From Candidatus Latescibacterota bacterium (lineage in GTDB: Bacteria > Latescibacterota > UBA2968 > UBA8231): 64,000 nt of DNA. The stretch lies in NCBI GenBank assembly GCA_965215195.1, contig CBDCDC010000002.1, forward strand, positions 2,784,001 through 2,848,000, written 5' to 3'. The stretch's first letter is position 1, and each line of letters opens with the position of its first letter. A program made the position numbers and the translations under genes. The notes under the pieces are model-generated. The model saw only the letters and a list, made by a program, of their open reading frames with translations, searched no databases and was not told the DNA's origin. This document shows, in pieces, positions 29,208-38,258 of the stretch.

Positions 29208-30044
29208 TTACGCGACGGCCATCTTGTTGCAATCCAGCGAAAACATGAGCGGCAAACTGCGATCTGGAATCTCCCAGTAACCATCGGTGCGCTGAACCAT
29301 ACACGCGAACTTGCGAAAACCGCCGTAGGGAAACTCCTCTAAGCCGTGGATCGCCAGACCAGCAGACCCAGCCGCTGTGACAAATTCGCCCAGATGGTGA
29401 GACCACTGGTAGGTAGTTTTGTTCACCAGACGACCTCCTTCTCCTGTGTAAGCTCTCGCTAATTTTTCGACCGTGCATAGTTCGGGTGTCTCATCGTGGA
29501 AATAGCTGTCGTTGAGGGACAAGGAGCCGCTCGCGGCGTCACAATCAATCATGTCGAGCACTGGATGCCCGTCGACGACGAAAACCCGGCCAGCGGGCTT
29601 TAACATGGTGCTCGCAACCGAAAACCACCGCTGGAGATCCGGTATCCAACAAAACACGCCGTGGGAAGCAAAAACCAGATCGAATGATTGGCGCTCCAAG
29701 ACATCGCCCACAGAGTACACATTAGCACAGTGGAACTCGGCACTCAGCCCCGTCTCTTCGGCCAGTTGGCGTGCTTTCTCAATGGCGGTGTCGGAAAAGT
29801 CCACCCCGGTCACGATCCCACCCATTCTGCTGAGGGAAAGGGAATCGAGGCCAAAGTGGCATTGCAGATGGAGAATTCGCTTTCCGGCGACATTGCCAAG
29901 CGCTCTTACCTCGACGGGTCCCAACGTGCAGCGGCCGTCGAGAAATCCTTGCACATCGTAAAACTTCGTCCCGACGTGGAATCCGACCCTTTCGTTCCAA
30001 TTCTCGCGATTGGCGCGAAAGTAGGTTTCGTCAAGGGGCTTCAA
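29208..30044 (-). CDS. Class I SAM-dependent methyltransferase (start uncertain: TTG 30044 or GTG 30065)
   Basis: NRENWNER, ILHLQCHFG, GVDFS, LKPAG. Confidence 0.85.
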   Translation of the reverse strand: MKPLDETYFRANRENWNERVGFHVGTKFYDVQGFLDGRCTLGPVEVRALGNVAGKRILHLQCHFGLDSLSLSRMGGIVTGVDFSDTAIEKARQLAEETGLSAEFHCANVYSVGDVLERQSFDLVFASHGVFCWIPDLQRWFSVASTMLKPAGRVFVVDGHPVLDMIDCDAASGSLSLNDSYFHDETPELCTVEKLARAYTGEGGRLVNKTTYQWSHHLGEFVTAAGSAGLAIHGLEEFPYGGFRKFACMVQRTDGYWEIPDRSLPLMFSLDCNKMAVA

Positions 30045-30066
30045 TGTCCTGTATTCCCCGACCACT

Positions 30067-31038
30067 TTAGGCACAGACAGCCGCGTCGGCGCTCCAGCGG
30101 TTGAAGGGGGTGTGCGCCTCTTGCGCCAGCCGGTCGCGGGTATCGCGCCAGAGCTTTTCCCACGCCACTGGATCGCGCAAGACGCTTGCTGGGTTGGCTG
30201 TGCTGCGGGCGACAAAGCCGGGGAAGAGGTCGCGGCCCGTGGGCTGGCCGATTGGATTATAGCGCAAGTCAAAGCTCCAGCGCACGTCGTCGCTGTTGTT
30301 GGTCAGCGAGCCGTGGATGGTGTGTTGAGTGAGGAAGAGCACGTCGCCGGGCTGCATGGGCACCGGCAGTGCCGCGTCCATATCCATAAACAGCTCGGGT
30401 ATCCACAGCCCCCCCGGCCCTCCCGGGCAGTGCGTTTGCAGCCCCCGGCGGTGACTGCGGGGCATAATCTGCAAACAGCCATTTTCGAGCGTCGCCTCAT
30501 TGAGCGGAAACCACACCGTTAGGACCTCTGAGTCGTCGGCTTCGGGCAGGACCACGCCGTTGTCTTGGTGCCAGTTGGTGGCGCTGACCAGTGCTTGGCC
30601 GTTGTGGTTTTTGGGCACTAGGCGCTCGGGCGGCTTGAGGCGCACGTGCTGGACCGGGTTGGACCAAATCTCCGGGCCGACGATGGATTCGACCGCGTCG
30701 AGGAGGTCGGGGTTGGTAATGCAGCGAAAAACGGCTGGCCCGGCCCAGAAGGGGGTGTCGGCCTCAATGCCGGTCTGGGGCAGGGAGAAGTCGAAGTACT
30801 GGGCGTGGATTTGGCCGCTATCGACGACGATTTGCGTCAGGCGCTTGCCAAAGGGCAGGTCGTCGTACGCGGATGCGATCTGGCCGGCTTGGTAGAGTTC
30901 ACGAGCCAGCTTGTCGAGGACGCCGTGGTATTCGTCGATAATGGGCTGGATGACCTTGTCCGCGTCAAGCATCCCTCTCATTAGCAAGTAGCCTTCTTCG
31001 TCAAAGTGTGCGAGTTGTTGGTCCGTCAAGCGTGGCAT
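30067..31038 (-). CDS. PhyH-family dioxygenase
   Basis: WHQD, TVWFPL, PGDVLFL..HTIHGS, RWSFDLRY; GGAGGA RBS. Confidence 0.88.
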   Translation of the reverse strand: MPRLTDQQLAHFDEEGYLLMRGMLDADKVIQPIIDEYHGVLDKLARELYQAGQIASAYDDLPFGKRLTQIVVDSGQIHAQYFDFSLPQTGIEADTPFWAGPAVFRCITNPDLLDAVESIVGPEIWSNPVQHVRLKPPERLVPKNHNGQALVSATNWHQDNGVVLPEADDSEVLTVWFPLNEATLENGCLQIMPRSHRRGLQTHCPGGPGGLWIPELFMDMDAALPVPMQPGDVLFLTQHTIHGSLTNNSDDVRWSFDLRYNPIGQPTGRDLFPGFVARSTANPASVLRDPVAWEKLWRDTRDRLAQEAHTPFNRWSADAAVCA

Positions 31039-31247
31039 ATGCTTTCCTCCGTGGGTTGCAGAATTCAATCTGCGCTTGAATATGTCGCGGTGAAACTGCT
31101 CTGTCATGCGGAGCCTTTTGGCTGCGCTCAAGGTGAACGCCGCGCAGCAGAGTCGAAGAATAATGATTGCGGACTGCTGCGCGATATTGTCAAGAGGTGA
31201 ATATATGGAAAGGAGGATCGGCGCTTAGTTGTCGCGTCGCAATGTCT

Positions 31248-32183
31248 ATGGAATTTCCCAAACTCGACCAAGCCCTGCGCCTGAAGCACTTGATGCCGCC
31301 GACGAGCAAGGTGCAGATGGTGCTCGACACCGATACGTACAACGAGATCGACGATCAGTTCGCAGTGGTCCAGGCCCTGCTCTCGCCCGACCAGCTCGCG
31401 GTTGAGGCGATCTACGCGGCCCCTTTCTACAACAGTCGTTCGTCCGGGCCGGGCGACGGCATGGAGAAGAGCTACGCGGAAATCCTGCGGCTATTGGAGC
31501 GGTTGGATGTTGCGCCGGAGGGCTTGGTGTTCCGGGGAGCGACGGATGTGCTGCGGGACGACGCGCCCCAAGAAAGCGCGGCGGTCGATGACCTGATCGC
31601 CAAGGCTCAAACCGCCATCGGCCCGCTCTATGTGGTGGCCATCGGCGCGCTCACCAACGTGGCCTCGGCTATTTTGCAAGAGCCCTCCGTAATTGAGCGA
31701 ATCGTCGTAGTCTGGCTCGGCGGCCACGCGCACTACTGGCCGACGGCTCGCGAATTCAACCTCCAAGGCGATGTCCCAGCCGCGCAGATAGTCTTCGACA
31801 GCGGCGTGCCCTTCGTCCAGATTCCATGCCACCCAGTGGCCTCGCACCTGCTGACGACGCGGGCGGAGCTGGAGCACTTCGTCAAGGGGCGGGGAGCAAT
31901 TGGCGACTATCTGGTCGACATCTTCACGGCCTATTCGCAAAACCACTTCGCCTCTTCCAAGGTGATTTGGGACATGTCGGCGGTCGCTTGGCTGCTCGAC
32001 GCATCGTGGGTGCCGACCGACGTGGTGCATAGCCCGCTGTTGACCGATCAGCAGACTTGGAGCCACGATCCGTCGCGGCACTTTATGCGAGTGGCGCGGA
32101 CGGTGCGGCGCGACGCGATTTTCGGGGATTTGTTTGCGAAACTGGAGCGGCTTCTTTCGCCTGCCGACAGGCGTATTGAATAA
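31248..32183 (+). CDS. Nucleoside hydrolase family protein
   Basis: LDTDTYNEIDD, IGALTNVA, WLGG, EFN. Confidence 0.88.
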   Translation: MEFPKLDQALRLKHLMPPTSKVQMVLDTDTYNEIDDQFAVVQALLSPDQLAVEAIYAAPFYNSRSSGPGDGMEKSYAEILRLLERLDVAPEGLVFRGATDVLRDDAPQESAAVDDLIAKAQTAIGPLYVVAIGALTNVASAILQEPSVIERIVVVWLGGHAHYWPTAREFNLQGDVPAAQIVFDSGVPFVQIPCHPVASHLLTTRAELEHFVKGRGAIGDYLVDIFTAYSQNHFASSKVIWDMSAVAWLLDASWVPTDVVHSPLLTDQQTWSHDPSRHFMRVARTVRRDAIFGDLFAKLERLLSPADRRIE

Positions 32184-32319
32184 CTGCATCGCTAATTTCT
32201 GCTATAACGGCAAGGGGTGCCGCTATGCGACTGTAGAGTTGGGGCAATAGGTGGAGATGAGATATACCGGCGAGGGCGATTAACGGACCGCTGTCCGCGA
32301 CCAAGAGCCGTTCACGCAT
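32083..32319 (-). pseudogene. DUF3368-type PIN toxin with large internal deletion
   Basis: LVADSGPLIALAGISHLHLLPQLY..PLAVIAEI joined to a C-terminal-like SDAVIQYACRQAKE; overlaps the upstream antitoxin stop. Confidence 0.6.
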
Positions 32320-32800
32320 TCTTGAATTCGGCGTCTAGTTGATCTTGGTCTGGATCGACTACGGCAACGTTCAGTTGGCTCGCTTTCAGCAGAAATTCAG
32401 GCTTTTGCATCCCACTCATTTCAGCCGCTTTGCCAGCGGATATGCGGCGAAGTTCAAAGAGCTTCAAGGCGAGTAGGAACCGAGCTTCGCTCTCGAACTC
32501 CTCTGGCTCTAATCCCAGTAATAGCCCTTTGCGCACGGCCTTGATTGCAGCCTCAACAGCAGCGGCAGATAGTTGGTCCGTACCCGCCTTTGTGGACGTT
32601 TGCTGCACGGCGTTGACAGCAGCTAGGGCGCGGGCGCTGCGCAAGGTGTCGAGCGATTTTTCCAGCAATTCTTCCGATGTCGCCGCCAGCAAGGCGATTG
32701 GCTTGCCATTGGAAGTGATTACCATCTCTCGCTCCTGCGCGAGTTCCTTCCAGATAGCAGCCGATTTCCCGCGCAATTCGCGGACTGAAACAAAGCGCAT
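32312..32800 (-). CDS. Chimeric antitoxin: Phd/YefM N-terminal part fused to UPF0175 domain
   Basis: MRFVSVRELR..VITSNGKPIALL (Phd); LALKLFELRRISAGKAAEMSGM (UPF0175). Confidence 0.75.
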   Translation of the reverse strand: MRFVSVRELRGKSAAIWKELAQEREMVITSNGKPIALLAATSEELLEKSLDTLRSARALAAVNAVQQTSTKAGTDQLSAAAVEAAIKAVRKGLLLGLEPEEFESEARFLLALKLFELRRISAGKAAEMSGMQKPEFLLKASQLNVAVVDPDQDQLDAEFKNA

Positions 32801-32812
32801 AAAAAACTCCTT

Positions 32813-32852
32813 GTGTACATGATAGTGTACACGTCTATAAACTGCCTGTCAA
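32813..32852 (-). promoter_or_regulatory. Sigma70 promoter overlapped by paired TGTACA palindromes (YefM-type operator)
   Basis: TTGACA(32852-32847)-17 bp-TACACT(32829-32824); TGTACA at 32814-32819 and 32826-32831. Confidence 0.75.
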
Positions 32853-32890
32853 TCATTGCGCCGGAGCGAGTCGATTAGTAGCATACCTCC

Positions 32891-35350
32891 ATGGCCACCG
32901 TCGTCCTCACCGAAAAGCCCAGCGTGGCGCGCGATATTGCCCGGGTCCTAGGGGCCACCAAGCGCGGCCAAGGCTATCTCAAAGGCAACGGCTATATCGT
33001 CACCTATGCACTAGGGCATCTCGTGCAGTTCGCCGAGCCAGATGATTACGGCCCGCCTTGGAACAGCCGTTGGTCCTTTGCCCAGTTGCCGATGATACCG
33101 GAGCAGTGGAAGCTCAAGACAGCGCGCTCAACCTCCGACCAGTACCAAATCGTCAAAAAATTGCTCAACAGCCCGCAGACCGAGCGCGTCATTTGCGCTA
33201 CGGACGCCGGGCGCGAGGGCGAGCACATCTTTCGCCTGATCTACGAGCACGCCCGCTGCAAAAAGCCGTTTCGCCGGCTGTGGGTTTCGAGCCTGACCGA
33301 CGAGGCCATTCGGGGCGGCTTCCGCGCCTTGCAGGAGGGAGCGGCTTTCGATCACCTCGCGGCGGCCGCGCGGGCGCGGGGCCAAGCCGACTGGCTGATG
33401 GGCATGAACCTGACCCGCGCCTATACCGTCCACAACAAGGCGCTCTGCACCATCGGCCGGGTGCAGACGCCGACCCTGTCCATGGTGGTCAAGCGCGATG
33501 CGGCGATTGCCAGTTTTGTAAAGGCGTACTTTTACGAGTTGGTGGCCCAGCTAAAAGAGGGCTTTGCCGCCAAGTACTGCAAAGACGGCCAGACGCGCAT
33601 TGACAAAAAGGAGGAGGCCGAGCGCCTGCATCGCCAGCTCAGCCCCAACAAGGTCGGCACCGTCCGCAAAATTGACAAAAAAATCAAAAGACGCCGGCCA
33701 CCCGCCCTCTACGACCTCAACAACCTCCAGCGCGACGCCAACCGCTGCTTTGGCTTTACCGCAGCGCAAACCCTCGAACGCGCCCAAGCCCTGTACGAAA
33801 CCCACAAGCTCATCACGTACCCGCGCACCGAGAGCCGCCACATCTCCGAGGACATGGTGCCCAAGCTGCCCGGCATCCTAGAAAAGCTAGCGCACCCGCA
33901 GGCAGCGGCTGCGCTGGCGCGCCTGCGCGGCGGGCACCGGCTCGGCCGGGCCTATGTCGATCGCACCAAGCTGACCGATCACCACGCCATCATTCCCACC
34001 GGACAACAGCCCGCCCCCAACCTTGGACCGGACTTACAGAAGGTGTACGACTTGGTGGTGGCGCGCTTTGTCGGCGTCTTCCTGCCCGACCAAGTGGTCG
34101 AGGAGACGACCGTCTTGCTCGACATCGGCGGTGCCGACTTTGTGGCCAAAGGGTCTGTCGTCTTAGAAGCGGGCTGGACGGTGGTAGCCATGCGGCCAAA
34201 GGGCAAAGAAAAGGAAGAAGACGACCAGCGGGCGCTCCCGCCGTTGCAACAAGGCCAGCAAGTTCACGTAATGCGCATGGATGTGGTCGAGAAGGAAACC
34301 CAGCCGCCGCGGCCGTACACAGACGCCACGCTTTTGGCGGCCATGAAGAACGCCGGCCGCGAAATCGAGGACGACGAGCTAGCCGCAGCCATGAAGGAAT
34401 CGGGGCTGGGCACGCCGGCCACGCGGGCCGAAACCATTGAAAAGCTGATTCGCACCGGCTATGTAGCCCGCGACCGCAAGGCGATCACCGCGACCGAGAA
34501 GGGCAAAGCACTGGTGAGTTTGGTAGCCGAACCGCTGCGCAGCCCGGAGCTGACGGCCGAATGGGAGCAGCAGCTCAAGGAAGTCGAGGAAGGGCAGCGG
34601 CCGGTGGCGGGGTTTTACGAAGGGATCGCCGACTTGGTGAGGTCGGTGGTGCCCAAGGTCCAACAGGGGCCGGCACTTTCGCCCGAGCAAGCGGCGCAGG
34701 CACAAGGGAAGCAGAGGGGCAAGGGTAAGGGCCGCGGCAAGGTGTTGGGGCCTTGTCCCAAGTGCAAAGAGGGCCAAGTAGCAGAAAACGCCAAAGCGTA
34801 CGGATGCAGCCGCTACCGGGAGGGCTGCAACTTTACTATCTGGAAGACGGTGGCGCGCAAGCGGCTGAGCGAAAAGCAGGCGCAGTTGTTGATGGCCAAC
34901 GGCCGCACCGAAAAGATGCAGGGCTTTATCTCCAAGGCCGGCAAGAAGTTTGCGGCGCGGCTCAAATTCGACGAGGAGTTCAAGGTCGTCTTTGAGTTTG
35001 ACGAGCGGCCGCGCAATGGCTCCGCAAGGTCGGAGGGACGCCCCCCGCCTCAGAAGAAACCGCCAGAGAAGATTGCCTCCCTCACCTGCCCCAAGTGTCG
35101 GCAAGGCCAAATCATCGAGGGCCAGCGCGGCTTTGGCTGCAATCGCTATCGCGAGGGGTGCAACTTTGTGGTGTGGAAGGAAATGGCGGGCAAGAAGCTA
35201 ACGGAACGGCAGATACAGACCTTGATCGCCAAAGGCAAAACCGGAGTTATCAAGGGCTTCAAGAGCAAAAAGGGCGGCAAGTTCGACGCGCGATTGAAGT
35301 TAGGGCCGGAGTGCAAGGCCGCGTTTGATTTTCCCGCTGACGTGCGCTGA
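32891..35350 (+). CDS. topB: DNA topoisomerase III with C-terminal Zn-ribbon and repeat domains
   Basis: EKPSVA, ATDAGREGE, GRVQTPTL, ITYPRT, GLGTPATR, CPKC repeats. Confidence 0.93.
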   Translation: MATVVLTEKPSVARDIARVLGATKRGQGYLKGNGYIVTYALGHLVQFAEPDDYGPPWNSRWSFAQLPMIPEQWKLKTARSTSDQYQIVKKLLNSPQTERVICATDAGREGEHIFRLIYEHARCKKPFRRLWVSSLTDEAIRGGFRALQEGAAFDHLAAAARARGQADWLMGMNLTRAYTVHNKALCTIGRVQTPTLSMVVKRDAAIASFVKAYFYELVAQLKEGFAAKYCKDGQTRIDKKEEAERLHRQLSPNKVGTVRKIDKKIKRRRPPALYDLNNLQRDANRCFGFTAAQTLERAQALYETHKLITYPRTESRHISEDMVPKLPGILEKLAHPQAAAALARLRGGHRLGRAYVDRTKLTDHHAIIPTGQQPAPNLGPDLQKVYDLVVARFVGVFLPDQVVEETTVLLDIGGADFVAKGSVVLEAGWTVVAMRPKGKEKEEDDQRALPPLQQGQQVHVMRMDVVEKETQPPRPYTDATLLAAMKNAGREIEDDELAAAMKESGLGTPATRAETIEKLIRTGYVARDRKAITATEKGKALVSLVAEPLRSPELTAEWEQQLKEVEEGQRPVAGFYEGIADLVRSVVPKVQQGPALSPEQAAQAQGKQRGKGKGRGKVLGPCPKCKEGQVAENAKAYGCSRYREGCNFTIWKTVARKRLSEKQAQLLMANGRTEKMQGFISKAGKKFAARLKFDEEFKVVFEFDERPRNGSARSEGRPPPQKKPPEKIASLTCPKCRQGQIIEGQRGFGCNRYREGCNFVVWKEMAGKKLTERQIQTLIAKGKTGVIKGFKSKKGGKFDARLKLGPECKAAFDFPADVR

Positions 35351-35351
35351 C

Positions 35352-35930
35352 ATGGCCCTCCAACGCTGCCCGTGGCTGGACCTCGACAAACCCGATTACG
35401 TCGCGTATCACGACCGCGAGTGGGGAGTTCCGGTCCACGACGACCGCAAGCACTTTGAGTTTCTCACCCTCGAATCCGCCCAAGCCGGCCTCAGTTGGTA
35501 CACCGTCCTCCGCAAGCGCGCCAACTACCGCAAAGCCTTCGCCGAATTTGATCCGGCCGAGGTCGCTCGCTTTAGCGCGGCCAAGGTCGAACAGATGCTG
35601 CAAGACCCCGGGCTGATTCGCAATCGCCGCAAAATCGGCGCGGCCGTGGAAAACGCGCGGCGCTTCCTCGCCGTGCAGGACGAATTTGGCAGCTTCGACG
35701 CCTATATCTGGCGCTTTGTCGATGGCAGGCCCATAGTCAACGAGTTTCGCACCCTCGCCGATTTACCGGCCACCAGCCGCGAATCCGACGCCCTGAGCAA
35801 AGACCTCAAAAGCCGCGGCTTCAAGTTCATCGGCTCAACCATCATCTACGCCCACATGCAGGCCACCGGCATGGTCAACGACCACGTCCTCGACTGCTTC
35901 CGCCGCGGCCAAATCCTCGGCGCAGGATAG
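35352..35930 (+). CDS. tag: DNA-3-methyladenine glycosylase I
   Basis: RCPW, YHDREWGVP, QAGLSW, GMVNDH..C. Confidence 0.95.
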   Translation: MALQRCPWLDLDKPDYVAYHDREWGVPVHDDRKHFEFLTLESAQAGLSWYTVLRKRANYRKAFAEFDPAEVARFSAAKVEQMLQDPGLIRNRRKIGAAVENARRFLAVQDEFGSFDAYIWRFVDGRPIVNEFRTLADLPATSRESDALSKDLKSRGFKFIGSTIIYAHMQATGMVNDHVLDCFRRGQILGAG

Positions 35931-35940
35931 GAGAGTTCCC

Positions 35941-36176
35941 ATGCTCAACAACGAACAATACCAGTACTTTCAGACCTTTGGCTTCGTCATCCTGCGCCAA
36001 TTTTTCTCCGCCGCCGAAATGCCACCTTGAGCGCAGAGTTTGAAACGGGCCGCGTATGCACATCGCCCCTTTGACGGCTGCCGATGGGGCCGAGTACGCC
36101 AATCACTCGCAGCCCCTTGCGCCAACGCTGGATCGAGCGATTGGACGCCCTCGGATTCCTGCATCCGGCGGCCTGA
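35941..36176 (+). pseudogene. Frameshifted, internally deleted PhyH-family remnant
   Basis: GGAGAG RBS; MLNNEQYQYFQTFGFVILRQFF; out-of-frame tail RQRWIERLDALGFLHPAA*. Confidence 0.6.
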
Positions 36177-36258
36177 GCCTCGGGCGCAAAATTGCCAAAC
36201 TAGCGCGGCTTGCGTACCGTTCCCGATCCGCCCCTTTTACCCCACCAAGGAGCCTCTC

Positions 36259-37245
36259 ATGCACGTGGGCACCCAGCAGTTCAACACATCGGACGAAGAC
36301 CTCGAATACCTAGCCCGCCACGGGGTCTTCAACAAGAACGAAAACTTCATCGCGTTTCACCGCGAATATGGTTGGGACGTCGAAGAGTTGGTCGCCAAGA
36401 AGGAAAAGTGCGCTCGCTTCGGCATCGCCATGGAAATGGTCGCCCTGCCCATGGCCCAGTTCAACATCAACGGCGAGAGCGTACCCAACTTCATGATGGG
36501 CAACTACGAAGAGGGCGATAAGGAGATTGAGCTGGTCGTCAACATGGTGCGGCAAGCGGCTGAAGCCGGCATTCCAGCCATCAAATACTACCTCTGCGCC
36601 CTCGAAAACCAGCGCACCGAGAGCACCCCCCCGGGCCGCGGCGGCTCCATTTACAGCACTTGGGACCTCGCAAAGGCCGACGCTGATACGCCGCGCTACG
36701 ACCAACCGGTCACCGCAGAGGAAAACTGGCGTCGCATCACGTACTTCTTGGAAAGGGTCATCCCGGTCGCCACCGAGTGCAAGGTCCGCATGGCCTGCCA
36801 CCCCTGCGACCCGTGGCTGCCGCCCGGCTTTAAGGGCGTCGATCGCGTGATGGGCGGCTTTGAGGGCTTCAAGCAGTTTATCGAGATCTGCCCCAGCCCC
36901 TATCACGGCGTCAATCTCTGCTTGGGCTGCATGGCCGAAAGCGTCGATGACCCGCTCAACGAGGTCCCCGAAATCATCCGCTACTTAGGCTCGCGCAACA
37001 AAATTTTCCTCTGCCACTTCCGCAACATCGTCGGCAAGCGCAACAAGTTCCAAGAGGTCTGGCCGGATGAGGGGGTGATGAACATGCACCGCAACATGCA
37101 GGCCCTCAAAGAAGTGGGCTATCAGCACATGTGCGTCCCGGATCACGCGCCCGGGCACAAGGATCCCCACAGTATGCGCCAGGCTTGGGCCTATGAATTT
37201 GGCTATATACAGGCCATGATTCAGGCGGTGATGGACGAGAATTGA
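36259..37245 (+). CDS. Mannonate dehydratase (UxuA)-like protein
   Basis: YFLERVIPVA, ACHPCDP, CHFRN, PDH; AAGGAG RBS. Confidence 0.8.
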   Translation: MHVGTQQFNTSDEDLEYLARHGVFNKNENFIAFHREYGWDVEELVAKKEKCARFGIAMEMVALPMAQFNINGESVPNFMMGNYEEGDKEIELVVNMVRQAAEAGIPAIKYYLCALENQRTESTPPGRGGSIYSTWDLAKADADTPRYDQPVTAEENWRRITYFLERVIPVATECKVRMACHPCDPWLPPGFKGVDRVMGGFEGFKQFIEICPSPYHGVNLCLGCMAESVDDPLNEVPEIIRYLGSRNKIFLCHFRNIVGKRNKFQEVWPDEGVMNMHRNMQALKEVGYQHMCVPDHAPGHKDPHSMRQAWAYEFGYIQAMIQAVMDEN

Positions 37246-37306
37246 GCGCGTACGTGCCACATTTTCCGGCAAGGGGCCACGGGTGGCCTCTTGCCGAGCG
37301 CACTAG

Positions 37307-38140
37307 GTGCCCATGAGCACCGCCCATCCGCTGCGCGACATTGAGCGCATCAACGGGCCGCCCGGCCCGTATCTCGAAGCAATCGGCACTGTCTTCGCCG
37401 TCTTCGGCGCACCCACCCAAGACTCCGGCAATGTCTCCTATGGCGTGCAGGTCGGCGGCGAGCGCTTCTTCGTCAAAACCACCGATCCCGAGGCCGAGGT
37501 CTTCGGCGACCACGCGACCCGCGTGGCATTGCTGTACAATGCGGCTCGGCTCAGGCGTACCTGTGATCATCCGACCTTGCCAGTTCTGCATGGCATCGTC
37601 GAAACCGCGCACGGCCCGGCGCTCGTGTACGACTGGGTTGATGGCGAGTGCCTATACGGTGGACGCGCCGATCCGCAATCGGCGCATCGGCGATTTTGCC
37701 ACCTGCCCGCCGAAGCCATTTTGGCCATGCTCGACGCGATCTACGATTTGCACGTCCGGCTCGTCCAACACGGGTGGATTGCCGTGGATTTCTACGACGG
37801 CTGCCTGATGTACGACTTTGAGCGCCGAGCAGCGCACGTCGTGGATCTCGACATGTATCACTTCGGGGCGTTCACCAATCAGATGGGGCGGATGTTTGGC
37901 TCAACGCGCTTTATGGCTCCAGAGGAATTTGAGCGCGGCGCGCTAATCGACGAGCGCACGACCGTCTTTGCCATGGGCCGCGCCGCAATCGCATTCCTCG
38001 GCGACAACATCGGCGGTGCTGTGGGGGGGGTCGTGCAGTGCGCCTGTCGCGAGGAGCGCGAAGCGCGTTACGGTTCTATGGAGGAGTTTCGCGCTGCTTG
38101 GCAGCAGGCGCGGCGGCTAGGGCGCGGCTGTACCCTTTAG
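37307..38140 (+). CDS. Ser/Thr protein kinase-like protein
   Basis: FFVK, VDFYDG, VVDLD, GSTRFMAPEE. Confidence 0.75.
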   Translation: MPMSTAHPLRDIERINGPPGPYLEAIGTVFAVFGAPTQDSGNVSYGVQVGGERFFVKTTDPEAEVFGDHATRVALLYNAARLRRTCDHPTLPVLHGIVETAHGPALVYDWVDGECLYGGRADPQSAHRRFCHLPAEAILAMLDAIYDLHVRLVQHGWIAVDFYDGCLMYDFERRAAHVVDLDMYHFGAFTNQMGRMFGSTRFMAPEEFERGALIDERTTVFAMGRAAIAFLGDNIGGAVGGVVQCACREEREARYGSMEEFRAAWQQARRLGRGCTL

Positions 38141-38258
38141 GTGCCAACGCCGTAGCGCCTAGTTCCCACTCTGCACTTCAACATCCTTACCAACCTCAGA
38201 GCACATCCCCGTTGGCACGGTTCTTGTTTCTTTTTTTGTCTCAACAGAAAGGAACCGC

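Noticed and set aside
30045-30272. N-terminal extension of the methyltransferase ORF
   Set aside because: Mostly overlaps the upstream PhyH gene and is low-complexity off-frame sequence.
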